A DNA stretch of 64,000 bases, taken from contig CBDHDF010000002.1 of assembly GCA_965261545.1 (NCBI GenBank), positions 576,001 to 640,000 of the forward strand. Direction: 5' to 3'. Source of the stretch: Bdellovibrionales bacterium. GTDB taxonomy: Bacteria > Bdellovibrionota > Bdellovibrionia > Bdellovibrionales > UBA1609. Made by a program: the position numbers and the translations under genes. Positions 42,860 through 52,550 of this stretch are shown one piece after another (the first letter of the stretch is position 1; each line of letters starts with the position of its first letter). The notes beneath the pieces are model-generated. The model had not been told where the DNA came from, did not search any database, and saw nothing but the letters and a program-made list of their open reading frames with translations.

Positions 42860-45220
42860 TTGAAAATAAATCGACTCAAAATCTATCTAAGGTTTATAAA
42901 TAGCCCTACAAGACCCATGGGACTGAAACTTTCTGGTCTCGCTAAACTATCTGGCTTTACTCTCATATCTATGTTGGTGGCCCTTTTCATCATGGGGCTC
43001 TCCCTATCTGTTGTAGTTTCTCTGATGGTTCGTCAGGAACAAGCGTCATTTGTCTTAGATGAAAAAATTGCAATAAATCATTTAAAAGAAAAAATTATTC
43101 GTACAATGACAAACTTCGAGACATGCTCTTGTCAATTTACCACCATGAAGATCAAACTCGATTCAGACAGACCCTCTAGGATCGCTCTAAGTACTCTTCG
43201 AGACAGCTGCGAGACTTCATCTCCAGATAATATTCTTGTGAAGAACAGAGTCCCTATTCTTGGCCTCAAAGGATGGGAGGGAGCACACATCCTCGTTAAC
43301 GATTTTCAAAACATAGGAGGATATCAATACGCAGGAAAGTTTTCGGTATTTTTGAAAAATCGAGATAAAAATTATACATTGAATTTTGTCTCTTTTCCCA
43401 TAGTTGTGGAGTTGGATCCAAGATCTGTAAAAAGAGGGTCGCACTATGAAGTTAAGTTTTGCCGAACCACTAAAAATGTAAAAAAGGAAGCAACAATATG
43501 GGACTGTTTGAACATAGATTCCTTGGCGAATCAGTCTGAAGGGAAAACCCTCTTTGGTTGTGGAGGCACCATAGAGAACTCCCACCCCCATAGCACGTCT
43601 TTTGGCTTTGGTGCGGGAGTATCTTCAGGGGCTGGGGACAATACCTATTTTGGTTATTTCGCAGGAAATGGACACAGTGGGATGAAAAGTACTTTTGTGG
43701 GTTATTCGGGAGGGGAGCTTGCGGGGAGTGCTGTGGCAAACACGGTCGTTGGCTATCATGCGGGAAGGAAGGCCCAAGGTGGGGAGCAGGTTCTTGTGGG
43801 TGTTTCAGCAGGGAAAGAGTCCACAGGAGAGCAAAATGTTATCATAGGAGCCGACGAAGCCGTCCAAAAAGAAAAAGGAAGCAACAGAAGTGTCATTTTA
43901 TCTTACCAGACCGAAGACGAGATTAGCGGGCTAGTGTTTTGGAATTTTAATTATAATCAAGAGGCCCATGACAATGTTATTCTTGGTGGGTTCAATCATG
44001 CATACGGTAATAAGGGTGAAAATGTAACCTTGGGTTACAGATCATGCCAAAATTTTAAAAAAAAGGGTCATATTTGTGTAGGTACATTGGCAGGAGCTTC
44101 TGGAAGTACAAATAATAGAAATATTTTTATAGGTAAGGAGAGTGGGTACTTGAGTGGAGGTGATGACAATATCTTCATAGGTGTTGAGGCGGGTCGAGAC
44201 CAAAGTGATAGAAGTGAGAAGAATGTTTTCTTAGGGTACGGAGCGGGAACTACGAATCAAGACAACGGCTCAGCAAATGCAGACAAAAATACATTCTTGG
44301 GAAATGGCACAGGAAATGGTGGCGGCATTTGGCGCTTTAACACATTGGTGGGGGCAAATATAGGATACACATCTAGTCAGACCATAAAGAATAATGTTGT
44401 TGTAGGTGCTCAAGCGCTTCTCAGAATGAAAGATAACCGTGGGAACGTCGTATTGGGTCATAACTCCCTGAACAATACTCACAAGGATCATACAAATGAG
44501 CATAGTATTTTTATAGGGCAGGGAGTGGAAAGATCATCTGTTGATATGGCCGCTTCTTCTGAATTCGCTGTGGGATCCTCTGACGCCTCAAGGTGGTTGA
44601 CAGGAACGATTGGAAGTGAGCTTTATGTCAATGGTGTTTCGGTGACTCCCCCTGCAAGCTCTCGACGATTAAAGAAAAACATCCATCCGGTGAAGAGTAT
44701 CAAGCAGTATGTAGATAGCCTTATTGAATCACCCCTATTTACCTATCAGTACAAAGATAAGAATCTTCATCCCAAAAAGGTTCGTATGGGATTTATTTCT
44801 GAAGAACTTCCTGAACATTTACAGATCAAGAAAGAAGGACAACTCTCCTATCCGGATTGGCCGAGTATTTATGGGTCTTTCTGGTCGAGTATTCAATATC
44901 TTTATGGTATGTTAAAGAGTTTTCAAGGAGATATCTTCTTTGAGGCAAAGAAATTAGCAGATCATATGCAATCTTTTGAGGACAAGCAAAGTCGTTTTAT
45001 GGAAAAGACCATGGGTTCTAAAAAAGAACTTTTAGAGATGAAGACACACCTCTCCCAGGCGTCCCAAGAGCTTGAGGATACCAAGAAAGATCTTATGGAA
45101 TTGAAAGAAAGCATAAAGAAGAATTGGAAAGAGGTGGAAGAAAGGTTTCCTAAAATGAAAAAATGGGCAAAATCAAAATCAGCATCCATATCTTTAAGTG
45201 ATGGAGTTTTCCATGAATGA
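42860..45220 (+). CDS. Pilin-like/fibre/S74-chaperone protein A1
   Basis: G|FTLISMLVALFIMG; CSCQF; GxxAG repeats; SSRRLKKNI..PLFTYQY..MGFISEELP; coiled-coil tail. Confidence 0.85.
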   Translation: MKINRLKIYLRFINSPTRPMGLKLSGLAKLSGFTLISMLVALFIMGLSLSVVVSLMVRQEQASFVLDEKIAINHLKEKIIRTMTNFETCSCQFTTMKIKLDSDRPSRIALSTLRDSCETSSPDNILVKNRVPILGLKGWEGAHILVNDFQNIGGYQYAGKFSVFLKNRDKNYTLNFVSFPIVVELDPRSVKRGSHYEVKFCRTTKNVKKEATIWDCLNIDSLANQSEGKTLFGCGGTIENSHPHSTSFGFGAGVSSGAGDNTYFGYFAGNGHSGMKSTFVGYSGGELAGSAVANTVVGYHAGRKAQGGEQVLVGVSAGKESTGEQNVIIGADEAVQKEKGSNRSVILSYQTEDEISGLVFWNFNYNQEAHDNVILGGFNHAYGNKGENVTLGYRSCQNFKKKGHICVGTLAGASGSTNNRNIFIGKESGYLSGGDDNIFIGVEAGRDQSDRSEKNVFLGYGAGTTNQDNGSANADKNTFLGNGTGNGGGIWRFNTLVGANIGYTSSQTIKNNVVVGAQALLRMKDNRGNVVLGHNSLNNTHKDHTNEHSIFIGQGVERSSVDMAASSEFAVGSSDASRWLTGTIGSELYVNGVSVTPPASSRRLKKNIHPVKSIKQYVDSLIESPLFTYQYKDKNLHPKKVRMGFISEELPEHLQIKKEGQLSYPDWPSIYGSFWSSIQYLYGMLKSFQGDIFFEAKKLADHMQSFEDKQSRFMEKTMGSKKELLEMKTHLSQASQELEDTKKDLMELKESIKKNWKEVEERFPKMKKWAKSKSASISLSDGVFHE

Positions 45221-47840
45221 CCTGGGGCCATGGAGCGTGATGGCCTTAATTTCTCAAAGGGGAATTTCTCTCATATCCTCTTTGATAGCTTTGTTTGTCG
45301 TTAGCATGGGTTCCCTGGCCTTTATCTCTATGCGAGTGGGTCAAGAAAAAGAAGCCCTCGCTTTAAAACAGAAGCTCGCCAATATTCATTTGGAATCCTC
45401 GATCACAGAAGTTTTTTACAATGGTTTTTGTTCTTGTCATTTTGATGCCAGTATCAACAGAATCACTCCTTCAGGGAGTCTTCTCTTGGACACAGCTCAA
45501 CTCAGCAATATAAATTTGGGGGTTATCAGACCAAATTGTGTGTTTAAAAGCAGTAAGACTGATCTTGTAAAGTCCAATACGCGATTGCGAAATGGGGGAG
45601 GTTTGGTGGTGAAGGACATTATGGTGAAAGATTTAATGTCCATAGGATCAAGAGGATCCGTCAATGAGTACTCTGGAAATCTCGTGATAAGCTACAAGGA
45701 ATCCAGTCAGGTACGTCTCCTTGAGCCCATATCTATACCTCTCATTTTTTCTGTGGATCCGACTTCAAAAGCTTTTTCTACCAAAAAACCAATTCAATAC
45801 TGCTGGGAGGAGGGTGTCCATTATGATGATGGGCCTGAATGTCTTCAACTGGGAGAAGACAATGCAATTCTACATTCTGAGAGAACGAGTCTCCTTGGCT
45901 GTGGTGTCACAATAAAATCGACAAAGAAAGAGAAGACAGCCCTAGGCTTTGATGTGGCAGCTCAGAACTGGGGTTCTCAGGGCAAAACAAACGTAAGTGT
46001 GGGTACCTACCTGGGTTTTCAATCTGGGAACCAAACCCCCCGAGATAGAGAGGGGACACAGGAGAAAAATACTTTTTTAGGTTTTAAATCGGGTGATAAA
46101 ATAACGGATTCCGACTTAACTATGATTGGTTATCATTCAACCCCACCCCATGGTGGAGATATTAGCAAATTTGTATGGATAGGAGTGGATATAGGGAAAG
46201 GGAAGAATGATAAGAAGGACGGCTTAAACAGTTATGGTGTCGTGATAGGTAGCCATGCAGGAGAAGTGCCAAATACGCATGCTATCTTTGTGGGAACAGA
46301 GGCTGGACGCAACGCCAACTCAGGGATTATCTTAGGTGATCAAGCGGGACTTCATGCTGCTAATCATGGTAGTGGTTACCATGAGGAGCAAATATTTATA
46401 GGAACTAGAGCCGGCTTGAATCGACGCATCAGAGGTACGAGCCGTGGCCTTCTTCGTACCAACGATGTTATTATTGGCCACGAGGCTGGAGTGAATGTTG
46501 GAACAATTAGGCTTTGGAAAGATAAAATTTATCTTCTTGCGAAAGGAGTTAATAAGGGGGACCCCGTTGTCATGGCGGGAGATCGTATTTTAATCGGTCA
46601 GGGTGCTGGCCAGGCTGGAGGGGGCCTTGGTTTGATGATAGGTTTTGAGGCTGGTCAAAAGGATTTTTCTGGACTCAATTCTTTTGATTATGAGACATAT
46701 ATGAGGGACGGGGTTGAAAGAAATGTAGTAGTTTCTATGAGTTTCTTAATCTTTAAGGATGAAAGTAAAAATGATCATACAATAAATCTAAGTAATACAG
46801 TTCGAGCTTATGGTGCGAATTTCTTTGTGGGCGGGCAGTCAGGCTCCAATTTTATAAGGGGGATGATGAATACTTTTTTAGGTTTTCAATCTGGATATTC
46901 AAAGCTAGGTGGAGACAGTAATACCTATATTGGAGCCTTTGCAGGCTACAGTGATGGCACAGATTCACATTCACATAACAATACCTGTATCGGTTGGAAA
47001 TCTTGCTATGCCAACCAAGGGAGTGTGACGATGCCCTTTTCTTTGCCTTCTGGCATAAAGGTTGTTGCCTGGCGTCAGGATGAGGAGTCAATTCGAACAG
47101 GAAGCAAGAACACCATCCTCGGGGCCCTTGCTGGAAAGGCGAATATCCATGGTTCTCACAATATACTTATTGGCAAAGGAGTGGGATCTTCAGCGATGTA
47201 TAGCGATATTAATAATAAATTCATGGTGGGCACTGAAAATAACCAAGAATGGTTGAGCGGAGATATCAATGCAACATCAACACTGTCAGTCAACGGGGCA
47301 GCTTTAACCACCCCAAGTTCAAGGGCCTTGAAGAAAAATATAGTTCCTGTGAAGAATTTTAAAAAATACCTTCAATCTATACTGGAAACTCCACTTTTTA
47401 CTTATCAATACAAAGAGTTGAACCTCCACCCCGACAAAGTGCGTATGGGTGTTATTTCTGAGGAACTTCCTAAATACTTACAAATCAAACAGAAGGGAAG
47501 ATTGTCTCGTCCTGATTGGCCAAGTATCTATGGGGTTTTTGCAGCCAGTATCAAGTGGATTTATGAATCGACCATGACTCTTGAGAAAACCATGCTCACC
47601 AAGTTGAATGAATTTATGAACTCATTGGATCAACTTGAAAGAGGGTATAAAAATATGAAGAAAGATGTTGATAGATGGATGAAAACTATAAATGTGACAA
47701 AAAATCATATCAAGCAATCTAAAAAGGTGATCAAAGAAATGAGAGGTGAAATATCAAAGACAAAATCTTACACACAAAGAAAATGGGAAGAACTCATAGG
47801 CGATGATCCACGAGAAGATAAAGGTGAGTCCCATGAATAA
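45198..47840 (+). CDS. Pilin-like/fibre/S74-chaperone protein B1 (likely start 45213)
   Basis: G|ISLISSLIALFVV; CSCHF; SSRALKKNI. Confidence 0.85.
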   Translation: MMEFSMNDLGPWSVMALISQRGISLISSLIALFVVSMGSLAFISMRVGQEKEALALKQKLANIHLESSITEVFYNGFCSCHFDASINRITPSGSLLLDTAQLSNINLGVIRPNCVFKSSKTDLVKSNTRLRNGGGLVVKDIMVKDLMSIGSRGSVNEYSGNLVISYKESSQVRLLEPISIPLIFSVDPTSKAFSTKKPIQYCWEEGVHYDDGPECLQLGEDNAILHSERTSLLGCGVTIKSTKKEKTALGFDVAAQNWGSQGKTNVSVGTYLGFQSGNQTPRDREGTQEKNTFLGFKSGDKITDSDLTMIGYHSTPPHGGDISKFVWIGVDIGKGKNDKKDGLNSYGVVIGSHAGEVPNTHAIFVGTEAGRNANSGIILGDQAGLHAANHGSGYHEEQIFIGTRAGLNRRIRGTSRGLLRTNDVIIGHEAGVNVGTIRLWKDKIYLLAKGVNKGDPVVMAGDRILIGQGAGQAGGGLGLMIGFEAGQKDFSGLNSFDYETYMRDGVERNVVVSMSFLIFKDESKNDHTINLSNTVRAYGANFFVGGQSGSNFIRGMMNTFLGFQSGYSKLGGDSNTYIGAFAGYSDGTDSHSHNNTCIGWKSCYANQGSVTMPFSLPSGIKVVAWRQDEESIRTGSKNTILGALAGKANIHGSHNILIGKGVGSSAMYSDINNKFMVGTENNQEWLSGDINATSTLSVNGAALTTPSSRALKKNIVPVKNFKKYLQSILETPLFTYQYKELNLHPDKVRMGVISEELPKYLQIKQKGRLSRPDWPSIYGVFAASIKWIYESTMTLEKTMLTKLNEFMNSLDQLERGYKNMKKDVDRWMKTINVTKNHIKQSKKVIKEMRGEISKTKSYTQRKWEELIGDDPREDKGESHE

Positions 47841-50256
47841 TGTTTCTCAAGAACATTATGGCTTTGCCATGGTTTCCGCGCTCTTATTTATTTTTCTTAT
47901 GGGTCTATCTATGTTGTCTTTTTTATCCAAGGTTAATATGAGGGATAAAGACAACCTTGGTTTAGCTAAGGATATTCGAAAGCAGCGTGTTGAGTTATCT
48001 GTTAAAAAAATGATGAATCATAAGAGATGCCTATGTCATTTTGATCCAGCACAAAATACTTCAGTTTCTGTACCACTGGGAATTGATACAGTGAATTTTC
48101 ATGATATTCCATTGGGCATCATAAGAAAAGATTGTGATTTTAGTTCCTCCGATAATGTTCTTATTCAAAATGGAAGTGCTTTGGGCAAAGGTTTTGCGGT
48201 CGATAAAATCAAGGTGACGAACCTTAGGGGCCAACGAGGCTCCTACCGATCCTATTTGGGGGAAATTCTCATCACTTATTCAAGCCAAAACAATAGAGAA
48301 AGACCCCCTTCCCCCTCTTCGATTCCCCTCGTTTTTGTCGTTAACGACAATATGGGAACGGATGAAAACCGACCTGTTTTGTCCTGTTGGAGCGCTGCTT
48401 ACTCAACTCCTAAAGAGTTGGCATTATTTGATGAATCTTGTTACTTTGTAGATGAAGAGGCCGATACGACGCAGGATCCAGATGCGAAGTCGAAGGGTCG
48501 GATTCTTGTGGGCTGTGAGGGAACCGTAGGTACCACAAATGCCCCTCGCCCTCCAACGACCACGGCCTTTGGATTTCAGGCTGGAAAATCTCTCACGGAT
48601 CCTGCCCATATAGGAAATACTTATTTTGGGTATCAAGCAGGAATGAATCACCAAGGAGATAAAACCACAATGATAGGTTACATGGCAGGTAAAATGTCTG
48701 ATTCTGCAAAAAGTATAAGTGTACGAAAAAGTAATTTTATTGGATATCGTGCAGGGGAGTCTTTGATCGAGGGTGAAAATTTACATTTTGTGGGAGCCGA
48801 GGCCGGTCTCAATACAGTGGTGGCCAACAATAATATTTTTGTGGGTGCTTCGGCGGGGAAGAACCACACCAAGGGAAATAGGAATGTGTTTTTGGGTTAT
48901 GCAGCGGGGAGAGATGGTTTTCCAGATCCTGCATCCAGTGACACCATCGATGACAATATTCTTGTGGGATATAAGGCGGGGTTAAAGAACAGGGGAGATC
49001 GAAATATTTTTATTGGCTCTCAGGCGGGAGAGGCCAATATAGATGGTTCAGGTTCTGTGGTGATGGGTTTTCAATCAGGTCAGAAAAATAGTTCCATCGA
49101 CAAGAGTGTTCTTATAGGATATGAGGTGGGAAAGAAGAGTCAAGGAGGTGAATACTCCGTGTTTATAGGTCATAGGGCTGGAAGAGAAAATACAGGAGAT
49201 AAAAATACATTTGTAGGTAATTCTTCTGGGTTGAAGAATAAAAGTGGCCAAGAGAATGCTTTTTCAGGGCATGAATCAGGTAAATCCAATACCACGGGTT
49301 CACAAAATACTTTTATTGGAGCTTCTGCGGGGCAGAAGAACACATCGGGTTCCTACAATACTTTTGTAGGAAAAGAGGCAGGGGCTGCCAATACGACAGG
49401 GGATGCAAACACCATGATTGGTATGCAAGCAGGGGCTCAGAATACCACAGGAAGCAATAATATATATATAGGGTTTGGTGCTGCCAATATCAGTGACACC
49501 GATACTTATAAGACGGGTAGCAATCAATTTGTTGTTGGTAATAGTACGAATAAAACTTGGTTGACGGGAGAGATGACTTTCACAGGGGATCTTTTTGTGG
49601 AGGTGGGGGGGGCCAAGATCAAAGCCGGGTCGGCTGCAAGTTCACGTTTTCTGAAAAAGAATATTCGGCCTGTCACCGACTTTAGGAAATACTTAGATGA
49701 TATCTTAGATACTCCTCTTTTTACATATCAATATAAGGACCCCATGAATCACCCCCATAAGACACGCATGGGAATTATCTCTGAGGAACTGCCCGAGCAT
49801 TTACAAATCAAAAGCAAGGTACGAATTCTTGATGGTATCACAGATGAAATATCCCGTCCCGATTGGCCCAGTATCTATGGCTATTTTTGGGCTGGTCTCA
49901 AGGCTCTCCATCAAATAAAAACAGAGTTGGAAGAAGATCTTCTTTCAAAGATTCAAGATTTTCTCTCTCGGATTCAATCCATCAAGGAGAAGCAAGTTCG
50001 CTTTATTGAGGTATGGACCCAGAATAAAAAAGAAATGTCATCGATTCAATCCAAGCTCCATCAGGTGAATCGAGAAATGGAGCAGGTCCAACGGGAAATC
50101 GTCAAGACAAGAAAGGATTTTGATAGGGATTGGGAGGAATTGATGGCAAGAATTTCTTCCTCCCGGTCGGCTTCTTCTTCTATGCCACCCCCACCTTCAC
50201 TCTCGTCCTCGGCTTCTTCTTCTGTGCGCCCCTACCCACCTTCGTCATCACCATGA
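47803..50256 (+). CDS. Pilin-like/fibre/S74-chaperone protein C1 (likely start 47833)
   Basis: G|FAMVSALLFIFLMG; CLCHF; regular NTFVG..AG..NTTG repeats; SSRFLKKNI; Ser/Pro tail. Confidence 0.85.
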   Translation: MIHEKIKVSPMNNVSQEHYGFAMVSALLFIFLMGLSMLSFLSKVNMRDKDNLGLAKDIRKQRVELSVKKMMNHKRCLCHFDPAQNTSVSVPLGIDTVNFHDIPLGIIRKDCDFSSSDNVLIQNGSALGKGFAVDKIKVTNLRGQRGSYRSYLGEILITYSSQNNRERPPSPSSIPLVFVVNDNMGTDENRPVLSCWSAAYSTPKELALFDESCYFVDEEADTTQDPDAKSKGRILVGCEGTVGTTNAPRPPTTTAFGFQAGKSLTDPAHIGNTYFGYQAGMNHQGDKTTMIGYMAGKMSDSAKSISVRKSNFIGYRAGESLIEGENLHFVGAEAGLNTVVANNNIFVGASAGKNHTKGNRNVFLGYAAGRDGFPDPASSDTIDDNILVGYKAGLKNRGDRNIFIGSQAGEANIDGSGSVVMGFQSGQKNSSIDKSVLIGYEVGKKSQGGEYSVFIGHRAGRENTGDKNTFVGNSSGLKNKSGQENAFSGHESGKSNTTGSQNTFIGASAGQKNTSGSYNTFVGKEAGAANTTGDANTMIGMQAGAQNTTGSNNIYIGFGAANISDTDTYKTGSNQFVVGNSTNKTWLTGEMTFTGDLFVEVGGAKIKAGSAASSRFLKKNIRPVTDFRKYLDDILDTPLFTYQYKDPMNHPHKTRMGIISEELPEHLQIKSKVRILDGITDEISRPDWPSIYGYFWAGLKALHQIKTELEEDLLSKIQDFLSRIQSIKEKQVRFIEVWTQNKKEMSSIQSKLHQVNREMEQVQREIVKTRKDFDRDWEELMARISSSRSASSSMPPPPSLSSSASSSVRPYPPSSSP

Positions 50257-50904
50257 TGTGATATCCTGATATCCCCCACCCCCGACTGCTGTCGTGACCC
50301 CCTTTGGTCGTATCGTCAGATAGTTGAAATTCATAGAGGTTGAAATCCAACAGAGTGTGAAATCCAACAGAGTGTGAAAAATGTGAGTATTGTGAACTGT
50401 TCTCATTATGAATGTTACAGTAGTTCCTGTCCAGGGAAGAAAGTTAAGTAGTTTTAAGTATTTACATGCCTTCCCTTTAGATTTTATGCTTTAAAATGGA
50501 GTCCATCAAACATAATCCGTGTAAATTCAGTTACTTACATAAAACGGAAAAATAAAATAAGTTCCCCCCCCCCCTCCTCTCTCTTGACGAACCTTTCACA
50601 GCCCCTCCCTTTCAGTGACTTATGTGGCTATCAACTACGTTACTTGATATGAGAGGAAGAGTTGGATCAACCTGTGTTTCCACCGTGGTGATTTCAAACC
50701 TCCTTCAGACCCGGAGGGGCGGACAAAACCATCCATTTGTGGGCTAACAAAACCATCCATTTAGGGTGATCTGACAAGATGGGCTCAGCCTACATTTAAT
50801 TTTTTATCTTGACAAGTCGGTTTGAAGCTTCCTTCAATCGGTAGCTTTTTCCCTCAAATTTTAATAGTTGGCTGCAGTGGAGAAGGCGATCCAGGATGGC
50901 AGAG

Positions 50905-52184
50905 TATAGTGGACCCCAAAAACAGACTGGTTGCTAAGTTACACCGCAGCGGGTAAAAAGCCCCTCATAGGAGGGGATAATGAGAAAGAAACACAGCGCA
51001 CAATTTAAGGCCAGAGTCGCACTTGACGCCATTCGTGAGACTGACACAATGGCAGAGTTGGCCTCCAAGCATGGAGTTCACCGCATCCAAATCCAAGATT
51101 GGAAGAAGCAAGCTATTGAAGCCATTCCTAAGGCCTTAGCGAGCAAAAAAAAGGACAACAACGAGGTAGAAGAACAAAGAAAAACCATTGATGAATTGTA
51201 TCGGCAAATAGGGCAGTTAAAGGTTGAAAATGATTGGTTAAAAAAAAAATCTGAGAGCTTCAATGCCTGAGAAAAAAGCCGCTATCAATTGGAAACATCC
51301 AAATATTTGTGTCACTCGCCAATGTGAGTTGCTAGGACTCTCTAAGGGAGCCTTGTACTACAAGCCCATACCTGAGAGTGCCTACAACTTAAAACTGATG
51401 AGTTTAATTGACAAACAGTACTTGGAGACCCCTTTTTATGGGAGCCGTAAAATGGCAGCTCACTTAAGACTTAATGGCCATGGGGTCAACCGCAAGAGGA
51501 TTCAGCGGCTCATGGAAAAGATGTGTCTTTTCGCTATCTTCCCAGGTCCAAACACCAGTCAGCGAAACCATCAGCATAAGGTTTATCCCTACCTACTTAA
51601 GGGGCTTAATATCTGCTCCCCCAACCAAGTGTGGGCTACTGATATTACTTTTATAAGGTTGTCTGGTGGCTTTGCTTACTTGGTAGCTGTGATAGATTGG
51701 TTTAGCCGATTTGTTCTGTCTTGGAGACTTTCTAATAGCCTTGAGACAACTTTTTGTTTAGAAGTCTTTGAGGAAGCCATAGAAACATTTGGTTGCCCTG
51801 ATATCGTCAATACTGATCAAGGGTGCCAATTCACTTCTGAGGTTTTCACAAAATTATTGAAAAATCATGGAATCTCGATCAGTATGGACGGCAAAGGCAG
51901 GTGTTTAGACAACATTATGATCGAGCGGCTTTGGCGGTCTGTTAAGTACGAAGAGGTTTACTTGAAAGGCTATCAAGACAAATCAATGGTTCAAGCCAAC
52001 AAAGGTTTTAAAACGTATTTTAATTTTTATAATAATAAAAGGCCACACCAGTCTCTTCAGGATTGCACCCCTTATCAGGTGCATATGGGAGAGGTGGATT
52101 TAACACATTAACACGGGGCTTCTTTGTGCGCTGTGGTGTAGCTTAAAAATCAAGTTTTTCAGTCTGACATTGGGGTCCACCTCA
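50905..52184 (+). mobile_element. IS3-family IS copy 2 (orfA 50980..51270, orfB 51263..52111)
   Basis: Same proteins and ends as 4469..5748; TSD GAG inside istB. Confidence 0.93.
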
Positions 52185-52550
52185 GAGGCCACGGTATTAT
52201 CGCCCAAACACTTTCCCCAGTCCTCAATAATGCGATTGGAGGTAATAAGAGTGCTTTTTCTCGCTGAGTATCGATCCAGAATGATTTCCTGGAAGTCATC
52301 GCAAGCCTCTGGCGGAATGCGCTTTCTAAGAAAAAGATCATCAATGATCAACAGGTCCACATGGATGAGTTGGGTGTAGAACCTCTTTCTGCGCCCCAGC
52401 TGCCTGGCCTCAAAGAGATTTTCAAAGAGCTTGTGAGCTTCTTGATACAAAACCTTGTAATTTGATATGGAACAGACCTTGGTGGCTATAGCTTTTGCAA
52501 TGTGGCTTTTTCCAGTTCCAGGGGAGCCAATAAGCAAGGCTCCCTCCCCC

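Noticed and set aside
50325..50379. 17-bp tandem repeat TGAAATCCAACAGAGTG
   Set aside because: Only two full copies and one degenerate copy; no function can be supported.
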